Source: a bacterium
Lineage (GTDB): Bacteria; Patescibacteriota; Minisyncoccia; UBA6257; 2-01-FULL-56-20
DNA: 64,000 nt
Direction: 5' to 3'
Assembly (NCBI GenBank): GCA_021780195.1
Contig: JAJXZE010000002.1
Coordinates: forward strand, 20,220-84,219
Shown here: one piece after another, positions 19,925-29,709 of the stretch
Layout: each line of letters starts with the position of its first letter
How positions within the stretch are numbered: position 1 is the first letter of the stretch
The notes under the pieces: model-generated
The model's input: the letters and a program-made list of their open reading frames with translations, nothing else
What the model was told of the DNA's origin: nothing
Database searches by the model: none
Translations under genes and position numbers: made by a program

Positions 19925-21013
19925 TTACGGCTTTCGCGGCGGCGGAGGAGGCGGAGGCGCGGGTATCAATGGACGCGGCGACGGGGGAAGCGGCGGCCGT
20001 GACGGAAGCGATCCCGGCGGTGGAACCGATGATGCCCGCGCTATCGGCATCTGCGGCGCATGCGGTATCGGAGGCACTGGGAGTTTCGGTGTAATCGGCG
20101 CGGCCGTTGGCGCTGGCGACAACGGTGGCTTCGGCGGGGGCGGCGTCGGTGGCGAAGGTGGCGTAGCGTCGGTGATCTCGGTGACGCTCCTTCCCGCCGC
20201 CGGCTTGAACTCCGTGTAGTGAACGACGCGCGGAGTTTGTAAGGAAGCCCCCGTGGTGAAACCGCTCGTGCCGGACGGCTTCGGTGCCGGGGGCATCTTT
20301 GACGGAATGGTTCCTGATCCGCCGAACTCCAGCACCGCGGGCCTGGACGGCGCCGCCGGTTTTTGTCCGCCGAGCGTCACGCCGGCGATATTCGCCCCCG
20401 GACGTTCAAGGTGGAAGTCGGGAGTTTTTTGGAGAGGCGTCGCCCCCGCATCCTGATGGATTATCATCGGCGCGGGTCCCGCGGCCGGCGGTTGTCCTGG
20501 GACGCCGACAGCCCGCACGTTTTTTAAGCGATCAAATTCTCCGCTCGCTGGCGCCTCGGCCGGCATCTTCGACCAGCCGGGAGAGGAGAGCGGGGGTGCG
20601 GGAGGCATGGTAGGGGTAAGGGGGGGGAGAGGAATTCCGGTATCCTGGTTAGATGTCTGCGTCATGGATGGCGCGGCGGCTAGGAGGCTGGAAGGTTGGT
20701 AGATTTTTTCAAGGTCGTTCTTTAGCGGCGCGAAAACTCTTTGCAGGAGCGATTCTTGAATGACGTCGGCGACCTGGGCGGGGAGTCCGGTTTCTTCTCT
20801 GATTTCCCTCGCAAGGTCATCGGGATGGAGAAATCCCAGAAGAACATATCCGGCAAGTTTCGATATCGGAGCGATTTTTTCCTCCGGCACATGCTGTCCC
20901 TCGCAGGTGTTCCAGAAGAATTCTGAGTTTGTGTCGGAATAGAGAGCTTCCCTTAATATGAGGGGGAGAGAGTCCCACCTTTGAAGCGCCTGATCCTGAG
21001 ATATGTTCATCAT
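19925..21013 (-). CDS. protein with structured N-terminal domain and long proline-rich C-terminal region
   Basis: ORF in the operon. About 200 aa of P-rich low-complexity sequence. Possible VirB10-like linker role (speculative). Confidence 0.45.
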   Translation of the reverse strand: MMNISQDQALQRWDSLPLILREALYSDTNSEFFWNTCEGQHVPEEKIAPISKLAGYVLLGFLHPDDLAREIREETGLPAQVADVIQESLLQRVFAPLKNDLEKIYQPSSLLAAAPSMTQTSNQDTGIPLPPLTPTMPPAPPLSSPGWSKMPAEAPASGEFDRLKNVRAVGVPGQPPAAGPAPMIIHQDAGATPLQKTPDFHLERPGANIAGVTLGGQKPAAPSRPAVLEFGGSGTIPSKMPPAPKPSGTSGFTTGASLQTPRVVHYTEFKPAAGRSVTEITDATPPSPPTPPPPKPPLSPAPTAAPITPKLPVPPIPHAPQMPIARASSVPPPGSLPSRPPLPPSPRPLIPAPPPPPPPRKP

Positions 21014-23241
21014 GTCTTTTTCTTGGCGCCGCCATCATCGCCCCCGCCCTTCTTTTCTTCCCCACCCCCTTTTTCTTCACCCCCGAAGCCGAAGGCGTTA
21101 TTCGCGTACGCATTCTTAAAAGACTTTCGCGCAAATCCCGCCATTCTTGCGCGATCCTCATCCCCGCTCGCCTTCGCAACCCTAAAGTTTTCATCGAGTA
21201 TGGCGAGATACCGCCCATGGACAGCCTTAAGCGTCTGCGATTTCATCTTTGGGATAAGTGGGGCCATCAGCTGAGGCGCCTTTTCAGCAAAGGATTTCAT
21301 GAGCACTTCAGTCGCCGCAGAAAAGCGTCCTGCGGCATCGCGCTTAAATATACCCTCAACATTAAATTTGGACATGTCGCTCTTTTTGAGCGAGTCGACG
21401 AACTTGTTGGTTGCATCCTGAAGCTTCATCATCGCCTTATATCCTGCTTGCGCTGCCTGCGGGAGACGGGAAAGTTCTGCATCCACAGCCCTCTGCTTTT
21501 CCTCCCCCTCCGGCATCTTTGAGAATTTATCCTTCAGTTCCGCGATGGATTTCTCAAGCTTTTCCTTTGCCTCTGGCGTTTTCTCGTCCGCTGGCAATTT
21601 ATTAAATTCTTTTTCAGCGTCTCTAATCTCCTCGTTGCTCCCGAACGCCTTGTCTGCCTCCTTGGAGTTCTTTCCCTGTCCATAGCGCCTTACCTCGTCT
21701 TGGTGGGCGTCGAGCCACTCAGGTGCCGACACTCCCTGAATCGTCGTATCTTTATCGAGCTCATTTTGTTTAATAAGCTTTGCGATGCGGGCAAAGGTAT
21801 CTTCCATGTTCATATTCCCCTTAAGTTCATTCTTGGTGATCGTGGGATCTTCGGACACCTTCTTTTCAGCATCCTTTACGAGGTTCTCATTGGTTGAAAC
21901 GCGGGCGATGCCGCGACCAGCAAGAGAGGCCACCCTGCTATCACTTCTCTGAAGCCTTCCGGTAATATTAAGCTTGCTGTCGGCTTTTTGGTAGGCGAGG
22001 CGCACACCCTTCGCCGTCTGCTTCGTGGCATACCCACCTGCCGCCTTCCCTATCTTGCTTGCAGTCGACTGAACCATCCCGATCGCAGCGCCAGCGCCTT
22101 TGATGCCAAGCGAGTCCGCGGCTTTGAGACCACCGAGGAGTAGGCCGCCGAGGACAACCGAGTCCATCACGGTATATATGATGGTCGTAAAGACGCCCTG
22201 GTTGGTCGTGCCGATGCCCTCTGCACCGGCGAAATAGGTGCTATTAGTTACCCGGAGGGCGAGATAGATAAAGAACAGGGAAATCGCGGGGAAAAATGTC
22301 CATCGGAAAAAGGACTGCCACCATTCCGAAAAATGGTTTCCAAGTTTCGGGAACGCGTAGGTGAGCCACGCGAGAGGGAGAAGGACGAGGAGGATGGCGA
22401 GATAGGCATAGCGGACGAACAGAAGCGCTGCAATCGTAAAGAGTGAGAAAGCGGCTATGGCCAAAAAGATCATACCAAAGAGCGAGTAGAGAACGATAGC
22501 GATTATTTGGTTGGCAGCATCGGCAACGCCTCCGAATAGTGCTCCGAACATACATCCCAAGATCGGACCACCCGGGATGCCCGGGGTGCCGACCGCTAGC
22601 CCCGTTTTGCAACCCTCCGCCGAATTTTTGGAATTCCAGAGACTGAAATCGGGGCTGTCATATCTTTGAATATGAAAGCTGCCAGCGAGGCTTGACGCAA
22701 GACCATCGCCACCGTTAAACGACTGGATGAAATTATTCGACAGGCTATCCGAAAAAGCCACGATTGGGCGCGTGACCACTAGGCCAAAGTTCACGAGGAT
22801 CGCCATAGCGACGAGCTTCCAGAGGAGCTGCTTTACCCCGTAGGTTTGATTTCGCAGGATGGTAGCGAGCGCGATAATAATGATGCCAAGAACAAAGCCG
22901 AGATTCGCGATGGCAAGGGTGAGCGAAAATCCAATTTGCACCATCGGGGAATCGAAGACGTGGCTGTTGAGCGCAAGCATTTGCACAACGAGGAATGATG
23001 CGAGGGAAATTAATATCTTCAAAAACTGATTAATGACATAGGTAACCAACCAGATGCCGGCAAGAGCCGGACCAAGAAATACGGTGGTGAGTACTCCGGG
23101 GGTATCGGTGCGCGGCAAGGTGATCTTATTCGGGTCAGTAGTTTGCGCGCCTGCAACGTGGGCGATAGCAAGACCGCCTAAAAGAACGAGCGCCACAAGA
23201 ATGATGGCACCGAATCGCTTATGATTCGAGATGGCTTTCAT
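21010..23241 (-). CDS. TrbL/VirB6-like polytopic membrane protein with long charged C-terminal extension
   Basis: Signal peptide, at least 6 TM helices, and a K/E-rich coiled C-terminus, typical of VirB6 homologues in Gram-positive-type T4SS. Confidence 0.65.
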   Translation of the reverse strand: MKAISNHKRFGAIILVALVLLGGLAIAHVAGAQTTDPNKITLPRTDTPGVLTTVFLGPALAGIWLVTYVINQFLKILISLASFLVVQMLALNSHVFDSPMVQIGFSLTLAIANLGFVLGIIIIALATILRNQTYGVKQLLWKLVAMAILVNFGLVVTRPIVAFSDSLSNNFIQSFNGGDGLASSLAGSFHIQRYDSPDFSLWNSKNSAEGCKTGLAVGTPGIPGGPILGCMFGALFGGVADAANQIIAIVLYSLFGMIFLAIAAFSLFTIAALLFVRYAYLAILLVLLPLAWLTYAFPKLGNHFSEWWQSFFRWTFFPAISLFFIYLALRVTNSTYFAGAEGIGTTNQGVFTTIIYTVMDSVVLGGLLLGGLKAADSLGIKGAGAAIGMVQSTASKIGKAAGGYATKQTAKGVRLAYQKADSKLNITGRLQRSDSRVASLAGRGIARVSTNENLVKDAEKKVSEDPTITKNELKGNMNMEDTFARIAKLIKQNELDKDTTIQGVSAPEWLDAHQDEVRRYGQGKNSKEADKAFGSNEEIRDAEKEFNKLPADEKTPEAKEKLEKSIAELKDKFSKMPEGEEKQRAVDAELSRLPQAAQAGYKAMMKLQDATNKFVDSLKKSDMSKFNVEGIFKRDAAGRFSAATEVLMKSFAEKAPQLMAPLIPKMKSQTLKAVHGRYLAILDENFRVAKASGDEDRARMAGFARKSFKNAYANNAFGFGGEEKGGGEEKKGGGDDGGAKKKT

Positions 23242-23244
23242 CGA

Positions 23245-25524
23245 TTACGGCGTGGTTCCCGGCGTCGAGGTCGGGTTTGCAATGATCGTCACGCTACAGG
23301 TGGAAGTGCTGTTGTCGGTTGAGGCCATGACCTCCGCGGTAAAGGTTCCGAGCTGGGTGTAGGTCGCGTCGAGCGTGCCGGTGTCGGATGAGATCTGGGT
23401 GGACGAGGCACCCTGAGCGGTCCATGAATAGATCGGCGACCCGTCGCTGTTTTCGTATGCGGGGCAGTCGTTGTTTGCGGCGCAGGCGACGTCGGTCGCT
23501 CCGCCAATGGCGGTAAATTCAACCACGGTCTCTGGGCCGTCGAGCGTGACGGTCTGCGAGGGCGGGTTGCAGGTGACTCCCGGCTGGGAGGACGCGGAGA
23601 TGTCCGTCGAGCCGCCCACGGAGACGCCGGTAAGTCCGGAGTCGGAGTAGCCGCCACCGTTCAAGCCGTTATTGATCGCCTGGTTCGAATAATTGATCGC
23701 GCTCTGTGCGAGAGAGTTGAGGAGCGAGTGGGTAAGCGCGAGCGCGATGCCGGTCCATGTTTTTGCGTTGGTGATAAGGTCGACAGTGCTCTTGAGTGCC
23801 GCACTAAGCGACTGCGCAGTCGCGGCGCCCGGAGAGGTGACTTTCGGTTCGCTCCCGTCCGCGCAACGGCCGCCATTCGGGAGGGTGAGGGGGGTGTCTC
23901 CGGCGTTGCACTGCCCGTTCTTCCCCGCGGGGTAGCTGATGTTGGTTCCCTGTATGGTGCAGATCGTCTTCGTCCCATTGGGATTGCTCCCGTCGGCGCA
24001 TTGCGCGCTCCCCGTGAATCCCGATCCTGCAGTGAATTGAGCGATGGATGCGGCCTGCTGTTGTTCGCCCGCGGCATTGGCAAGCTCGGCATTGAAATAG
24101 AGGCCTCCGTAATAGTTTCCGCTCGGAAGCATGCTTGCGCTGAACGCGGACCATCCGCCGTTCGAAAAGTTGTCGTAAAAATTCTGGAGGGTGTTGCCCG
24201 TGCCGAGCGCCTGTTGGAAAGTGTTGGCGCAGGAATTGCCTCCGCTCGGCGCGTAGAATATCCCGAGCGTGGTGCGCATCTGGGGCGCGAAGCCCGGATA
24301 GACGCACTGCATCTGCTGGTCGATGGCGGCGAGCGCGGACTGCGTATAGGCATTCGCGAGGGTCGTCCCCCACTGCGTGATGAAGCGCGGCGCGCCGCTC
24401 CCCTGGATCCAGGCGAGTACCTTCTGCTGAACGATGGTGATCAGAGCGTTTTTCAATATCTGGAGCGCGATGTCCTGGGCATAGGCGAGAATCTGCCTCG
24501 CAAGCGATTCGTGGACCGAGATGGAACTTGCTAGTGTGAATTTTGAGATCAGCTTTACCGCGGTCTCCGCGGGGATGTCCTCCACGGCAATCTGAGCGTG
24601 CGCGGTTCGGACGGAGAAGATGCTTTCAAGAAATGCGAACGGAGAGGCGGCCGTATTGGCTTCGGAAGAAGGGCCGGCGGGCGGGATGGTTTGTCCCGTC
24701 AATTCCTTCCACTGATTCCCGAGCTCGAGGGCGACGGTATCGTAGCGGGCTCCTTCTGCCTGGAGCACCACCGATGCCCGCGCGGGATCCTGCGATGCAT
24801 TTGCGGCAACTGCGAGCACATTTTTTTCATACACAAGGACTTTTACAAAGTCGCGCTGAAATGCGGCGAAAGGTGCGGGGGTGGGAAGAGCCGCCGCGTC
24901 GGCGAGGGCGCTCTGAACAAGTCCGGAGATGGAGGTCAAGCTCGCCGAGTCGCCCTGGGCAAGCGTGCCCTCAAGGCCAGAGGCCTGATAATATTTATTG
25001 ACGAGATTTTTAATGCCGCTCGCATAGCTCTGGACGTCAGCGGCCGAATAGCGATCCTGGATATTCAGTTTCACCTGCGCCGCCTCGATGTCCCAGTTCG
25101 GGATATCGGTGCTCATAAGGGCGGGACTCTTCGAGAGATTGCCCGCAAGGGCTTGCATGTCCGGCGCGGAGATTATGGGATTCCCGTTCGCATCCGTCTG
25201 TACGCCGGCGGGATTTGCCGCCACGAGATTGTCGAGGAGCGAACTTGCGAGAGAGGCGGTAAGGTTTGACTGGTCGCTTGAGGTTGCGGTCGCCACGGCT
25301 CCGGCCGCCGCCGCCGCGCCTTGTCCTGCGGGAAGGTTCAGGAACGCGGTACCGGCCGCGGCCGCGCCGGAAGCGCCCGCCGCGGTAATCGAGGGGGCGG
25401 AGCCGTCCGGCGACGCCGGCGTGCCCGGCGACGCCGTTTCAATGCCGGCGATAATGAGCGCGGAAGAGCTTGCCGCGGCTGCCAGGATCAGAAACCCGGT
25501 GATCAGCCTTTTGACATCGATCAT
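23245..25524 (-). CDS. large secreted protein (759 aa) with Cys-rich repeat module near C-terminus; candidate surface/adhesin component of the T4SS-like system
   Basis: Signal peptide. Repeated GxCxxGxxP / CADGS motifs. It is the first gene of the operon. Confidence 0.5.
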   Translation of the reverse strand: MIDVKRLITGFLILAAAASSSALIIAGIETASPGTPASPDGSAPSITAAGASGAAAAGTAFLNLPAGQGAAAAAGAVATATSSDQSNLTASLASSLLDNLVAANPAGVQTDANGNPIISAPDMQALAGNLSKSPALMSTDIPNWDIEAAQVKLNIQDRYSAADVQSYASGIKNLVNKYYQASGLEGTLAQGDSASLTSISGLVQSALADAAALPTPAPFAAFQRDFVKVLVYEKNVLAVAANASQDPARASVVLQAEGARYDTVALELGNQWKELTGQTIPPAGPSSEANTAASPFAFLESIFSVRTAHAQIAVEDIPAETAVKLISKFTLASSISVHESLARQILAYAQDIALQILKNALITIVQQKVLAWIQGSGAPRFITQWGTTLANAYTQSALAAIDQQMQCVYPGFAPQMRTTLGIFYAPSGGNSCANTFQQALGTGNTLQNFYDNFSNGGWSAFSASMLPSGNYYGGLYFNAELANAAGEQQQAASIAQFTAGSGFTGSAQCADGSNPNGTKTICTIQGTNISYPAGKNGQCNAGDTPLTLPNGGRCADGSEPKVTSPGAATAQSLSAALKSTVDLITNAKTWTGIALALTHSLLNSLAQSAINYSNQAINNGLNGGGYSDSGLTGVSVGGSTDISASSQPGVTCNPPSQTVTLDGPETVVEFTAIGGATDVACAANNDCPAYENSDGSPIYSWTAQGASSTQISSDTGTLDATYTQLGTFTAEVMASTDNSTSTCSVTIIANPTSTPGTTP

Positions 25525-25614
25525 TGTTTCTATTATAGCTCAATGCCGCGCGCCATGCGAGCGGTTGTTATCCACAAAGTGCCAGTTTTTATGCGGGCTT
25601 CCTGCGGTCGCCGG

Positions 25615-26490
25615 TCACTCTCCGTGCGGCGCTCCGAAGAATTCGCGTCCGATGCCCGCGACGTCGTCAACTGAAAGGTTCTGGGGCCTGAGCGACGGAT
25701 CGAGGCCGAGCTTGGAAAGTCCTGCGGAGATTTCTCCGCGCGTGACGGGTGCGGCGGTCGCGCTGGCCGCGCCGCCGGTTCGTTCGCCGCCCGCGGCAGC
25801 AATGTTATTGAGCAGGGTCTTTCTCGGCTGGGCGAAAAGCGCCCTGAGTGCGGCATAGTACGAAAGCGAAAATGCGCGCGCCTTGTCCCCACCCTCAGCG
25901 GTAGGCGCTCCTTTCCGCGCGAGCCGCATGACAGCGGAATCGACTTTTGGCGCGGGGCTGAAATCCTCCTTGTTGACGGAGAAGAGCGTGGTTGCATCGG
26001 CCCAGTACTGCACGCTCGCGGCGAGCCGGTTCATCCGCGGCGGATGCGCGGCCGTCCGCTCCGCGACCTCCTTTTGCACCATAAGGACGGCGAGTGCGGG
26101 CCGCGGGTCGAGCTCACCGATCTCACGCAGTAGATGGCCGGTGAGGTAGTAAGGGATATTGCCGGTTATTTTATTAAATGCGGGACGAGGAGCGGCACCG
26201 CGCATATGGGTTTTCAGAAAAGAGAGGATATCGTCCGCGACGATCTCGACGCGATCCGCGAAGCCGGCCTCCTTAACGCGCGTCGCAAGGGCCGCGGCAA
26301 GGGCTTCGTCCCTTTCGACGGCGATCACGCGGCCGCCGTGAGCGGCGCATTTTCCCGCGAGCGGCAGGGTGAGCTCGCCGTGGCCCGGCCCGATTTCGAG
26401 AATTGTGTCGCCGGCGGAAAGCTCGAGCGCGGCGACGATCTTCCCGATCACCGTTTCGTTTTTCATAAAGTGCTGTCCAAGACGGCGCAT
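25615..26490 (-). CDS. rsmA: 16S rRNA (adenine1518/1519-N6)-dimethyltransferase
   Basis: SAM-binding motif LEIGPGHGELT and the KsgA family pattern. Confidence 0.9.
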   Translation of the reverse strand: MRRLGQHFMKNETVIGKIVAALELSAGDTILEIGPGHGELTLPLAGKCAAHGGRVIAVERDEALAAALATRVKEAGFADRVEIVADDILSFLKTHMRGAAPRPAFNKITGNIPYYLTGHLLREIGELDPRPALAVLMVQKEVAERTAAHPPRMNRLAASVQYWADATTLFSVNKEDFSPAPKVDSAVMRLARKGAPTAEGGDKARAFSLSYYAALRALFAQPRKTLLNNIAAAGGERTGGAASATAAPVTRGEISAGLSKLGLDPSLRPQNLSVDDVAGIGREFFGAPHGE

Positions 26491-26510
26491 GATGGTATTC
26501 AGTGTACCAT

Positions 26511-28538
26511 TTAGTCGAGCGAGATAGTGCGCTCCCCGAACCCTTCTTCATAAAAGCCGGCGCCACCGTCGTCATCATCGTCTCCGCCCCCGCCGGCCCT
26601 GTCTCCGCCTCCGTCCGAAGCGGCAGCGAATGTAATGAGCTCGGCGGGAATTTCGCTCACGAACCTCGACGGCATGCCGTAAAAACTTATGGAGAGACGC
26701 TTCCGCGCGCGTGTCATCGCGACGTACATCAGGCGCCGCTCCTCTTCGACCGAATCCTCGCGCTCGATGGAGCGCGCGTGCGGCAGGAGTCCTTCCGCGG
26801 CGCCCGCAAGGAATACATTGTCGAATTCGAGGCCCTTTGCGAGATGGATGGTCATGAGCGCCACTTCGTTCTTCGTACCGCCGCGCGGCGCGGAACCGCG
26901 CGGCGGTGCGGTGCGCTCCTCCTTCGCCCCTGCCGTCTCGTCGTCCGTGGCCTGCAGTAAACTAACTTTCTCAAGGAATTCCGCCAGGTTTTTGAATTCG
27001 GACGCGAAGCGGATCAGCTCGGCGATATTCTCCTCGCGCTCGCCGGCGTTCAGGAAGTTTCCCTCGAGATAGTCGAGATAGCCGAAGGAAGCCATGAAGA
27101 TTTTCATGACCTCGGCCGGAGCGCGCTCCACGAGCGCGGCCGCCTTTTCGCGGAAGACCGCGAATTTGCGCTTGGTCAGATTCTTCTCGAGCCGCTCCCG
27201 CGCGACCTCGTCCCGCGGATTCGACACCCAGCGAAGCGCGGCGACGGCATCCTTCACCTCGCGGCGTTCGTAGAATTTCAGCCCGCCAAAGATACGGTAA
27301 GGAATGCCGCGCCGGATGAGCGCCTGCTCGATCGCGCGCGACTGCGCGTTCGTGCGGTAGAGAACCGCGATCTCCGCGCCGTTTTTTCCTGTGCCGTCAT
27401 CTCCCGAAGCGCGGTCCCCCGCGTGCAGATCTTCGATCGCGTTCATGATCCATTCCGCCTCCTCGTTTTCGCCCCACGCCTCGTACAGGTGGATGCGCTC
27501 TCCGTCCGGATTGCCGGTCCATAATTTTTTCGGCGTGCGGAACCGGTTGTGTTCCGCGACCGCCGCCGCCGCGCGGATGATCATTCCCGTGGAGCGATAA
27601 TTTTCCTCGAGAAAATATATTTTCGCATGCGGCCATTCCTTCTCAAAGTCGAGAAAGGTGCGGATGTCCGCATAGCGCCAGCTGTAGATGGTCTGTTCAT
27701 CGTCCCCCACCACGGACAGGTTGCGGTGGCTCGCGGCGAGCAGCTTCACGAGTTCGTACTGCTTAGGATTGATGTCCTGATATTCGTCGACGAGGATGGC
27801 GTCGAACATTCCCTGGTACTTCGCGAGCGTTTCCGGTCGCGCGCGGAAGATCGCCACCGGTTTTTCGATGAGATCGTCAAAGTCGAACGCGTTATTCCGC
27901 GCAAGCGACGCTTCGTATTTCTCGAAGACCGCGCGCACAAGCGCCGCGCGCTCCGCGTCCACGCCGTCGGCTTCCCGTCCCCCACCGTGCCCGTCCCGCG
28001 CCCTGCCGCCCGCAAGATTCTTCATGTCGGCAATTTTCCCCGAAAAAAACGCCGGCGTATCTTTCTTGAAACGCTCCTTCGGGACCACCGCCTTCACCAC
28101 TTTTTTCAGAAGATCGAACGAGTCGTGGTCATCGAAGATGGTGAAGTCGGGCGTCCGGCCGAGCGCGCGGCACTCCTTCCTTAATATTCTTGCCCCAAGC
28201 GAATGGAAGGTAAGGAGGAGGGGTCCCGGGCCGGCGTTTTTCCCGCCCGCCGCGATCGCCGCCACCACGCGATTCCTCATTTCCTGTGCGGCTTTATTGG
28301 TGAAAGTGATGGCGCAGATCCGCTGGGGAGGGGTCCCCGTTGCGATGAGGTGGACGATCCGGCTCGTGAGCGTCCGCGTCTTGCCCGTTCCCGCCCCTGC
28401 CACTATAAGGAGGGGCTGGATTGGCGCTTTTGCGGCCGCTTCCTGGGCCGGATTCAGCGGGAAAGACGCGTTTTTACTGTCTTTTTCACTGGTTTTGGCT
28501 GGATTTTCCTTGTTTTCTTGTTGCCGGTGGGTGATCAT
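26511..28538 (-). CDS. uvrD: ATP-dependent DNA helicase UvrD/PcrA family
   Basis: Motif I AGAGTGKTRTL and UvrD helicase motifs throughout. Confidence 0.9.
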   Translation of the reverse strand: MITHRQQENKENPAKTSEKDSKNASFPLNPAQEAAAKAPIQPLLIVAGAGTGKTRTLTSRIVHLIATGTPPQRICAITFTNKAAQEMRNRVVAAIAAGGKNAGPGPLLLTFHSLGARILRKECRALGRTPDFTIFDDHDSFDLLKKVVKAVVPKERFKKDTPAFFSGKIADMKNLAGGRARDGHGGGREADGVDAERAALVRAVFEKYEASLARNNAFDFDDLIEKPVAIFRARPETLAKYQGMFDAILVDEYQDINPKQYELVKLLAASHRNLSVVGDDEQTIYSWRYADIRTFLDFEKEWPHAKIYFLEENYRSTGMIIRAAAAVAEHNRFRTPKKLWTGNPDGERIHLYEAWGENEEAEWIMNAIEDLHAGDRASGDDGTGKNGAEIAVLYRTNAQSRAIEQALIRRGIPYRIFGGLKFYERREVKDAVAALRWVSNPRDEVARERLEKNLTKRKFAVFREKAAALVERAPAEVMKIFMASFGYLDYLEGNFLNAGEREENIAELIRFASEFKNLAEFLEKVSLLQATDDETAGAKEERTAPPRGSAPRGGTKNEVALMTIHLAKGLEFDNVFLAGAAEGLLPHARSIEREDSVEEERRLMYVAMTRARKRLSISFYGMPSRFVSEIPAELITFAAASDGGGDRAGGGGDDDDDGGAGFYEEGFGERTISLD

Positions 28539-29626
28539 TGTGCTATACTGCCGTTATTAGTACGCTAGTAAAACAATTATATAGATATAGAAAGAATACG
28601 CCATTAATAGGGGCGATTTTTTTGGTAATAGCATTTCTCGTCTCCGGCGGCTGGTTCCTCAGGAAGACCGGCCTCATTGAGGAACGGGGCGTTCTTGGGG
28701 GTCCGGCGGTTTCCTTTATCCCCGATGCCCAAGGCGCGGAGATCCCTGCCGCGGCCATCGTGAATGCCGGCAATCAGGTGGCGGTGTCGGATCCGAATGG
28801 TAGCGTGGGGAGCTATGCTCCGGACCTCGCCCCCGGCGTACTAAACCCTTCTGCGGCGACCGTCGGGGACCCCGGCCAGCCGGTCGGCCCCGCATTTGAT
28901 CGTTCCGGCACGGTCTCCTATACCGTCCAGCGCGGAGATACCCCTGCGAAGATCGCCTCGTATTTCGGGATTTCGGTGGAGACGATCGCGAGCGCGAATC
29001 CGGGAGTGAAGTCCGCCGCGCTTAGGGCGGGCGAGGAACTCGCCATCCTCCCCACCTCGGGCGTCGTGTACACGACGCGCGGCGGCGATACGCTCCAATC
29101 GATCGCGGACGCATTCGGCATCGCGCAAAGCAGAATCGCCCAATTCAATCCGTCCGTAAATTTCGGCTCGCTCGACCCCGGCGTGTCGGTCATCATCCCT
29201 GGAGGGAAAAACATGAACGCGGTAACCGCGGGCGGCGCGGCGCTCCCCAATCTCAAAGGCCGCTTCATTGCGCCCGCCGCGGGATACGACTGGGGCATCC
29301 TCCATCACTACAACGCGGTCGACATCGCGAACTCGTGCGGCACGCCGGTCGTGGCCGCCGCGGAGGGGCTCGTGGTTCCCGACCCGCAGATTCCCAATAC
29401 GACCGACGGGTGGAACGACGGCTACGGGAACTTCGTACTGATCGAGCATCCCTTCGGCAACGACGTACGCACGCGGTATGCTCATCTTGAAAAGGTGCTC
29501 GTATCGATCGGCGATTACGTGAAGCAGGGCGAGGTCATCGGGCTTATGGGCGAGACGGGCGATGCGAGCGGGTGCCACGTTCACTTCGAGGTTTACGGCG
29601 CGCAGAATCCTTTCGCAAAGAAATAA
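28538..29626 (+). CDS. LysM-domain M23 family peptidase (peptidoglycan hydrolase)
   Basis: Two LysM repeats (YTVQRGDTPAKIAS, YTTRGGDTLQSIAD) and an M23 active-site region HxxxD...HVHFEV. Confidence 0.85.
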   Translation: MCYTAVISTLVKQLYRYRKNTPLIGAIFLVIAFLVSGGWFLRKTGLIEERGVLGGPAVSFIPDAQGAEIPAAAIVNAGNQVAVSDPNGSVGSYAPDLAPGVLNPSAATVGDPGQPVGPAFDRSGTVSYTVQRGDTPAKIASYFGISVETIASANPGVKSAALRAGEELAILPTSGVVYTTRGGDTLQSIADAFGIAQSRIAQFNPSVNFGSLDPGVSVIIPGGKNMNAVTAGGAALPNLKGRFIAPAAGYDWGILHHYNAVDIANSCGTPVVAAAEGLVVPDPQIPNTTDGWNDGYGNFVLIEHPFGNDVRTRYAHLEKVLVSIGDYVKQGEVIGLMGETGDASGCHVHFEVYGAQNPFAKK

Positions 29627-29709
29627 AAGAGCGACATGGCCGGGAGAAGCGGTGCGCTACCCCCGCACGGGACCCGCACATGCCCGCTCCCCTGCCACCC
29701 CGTGCGCCG

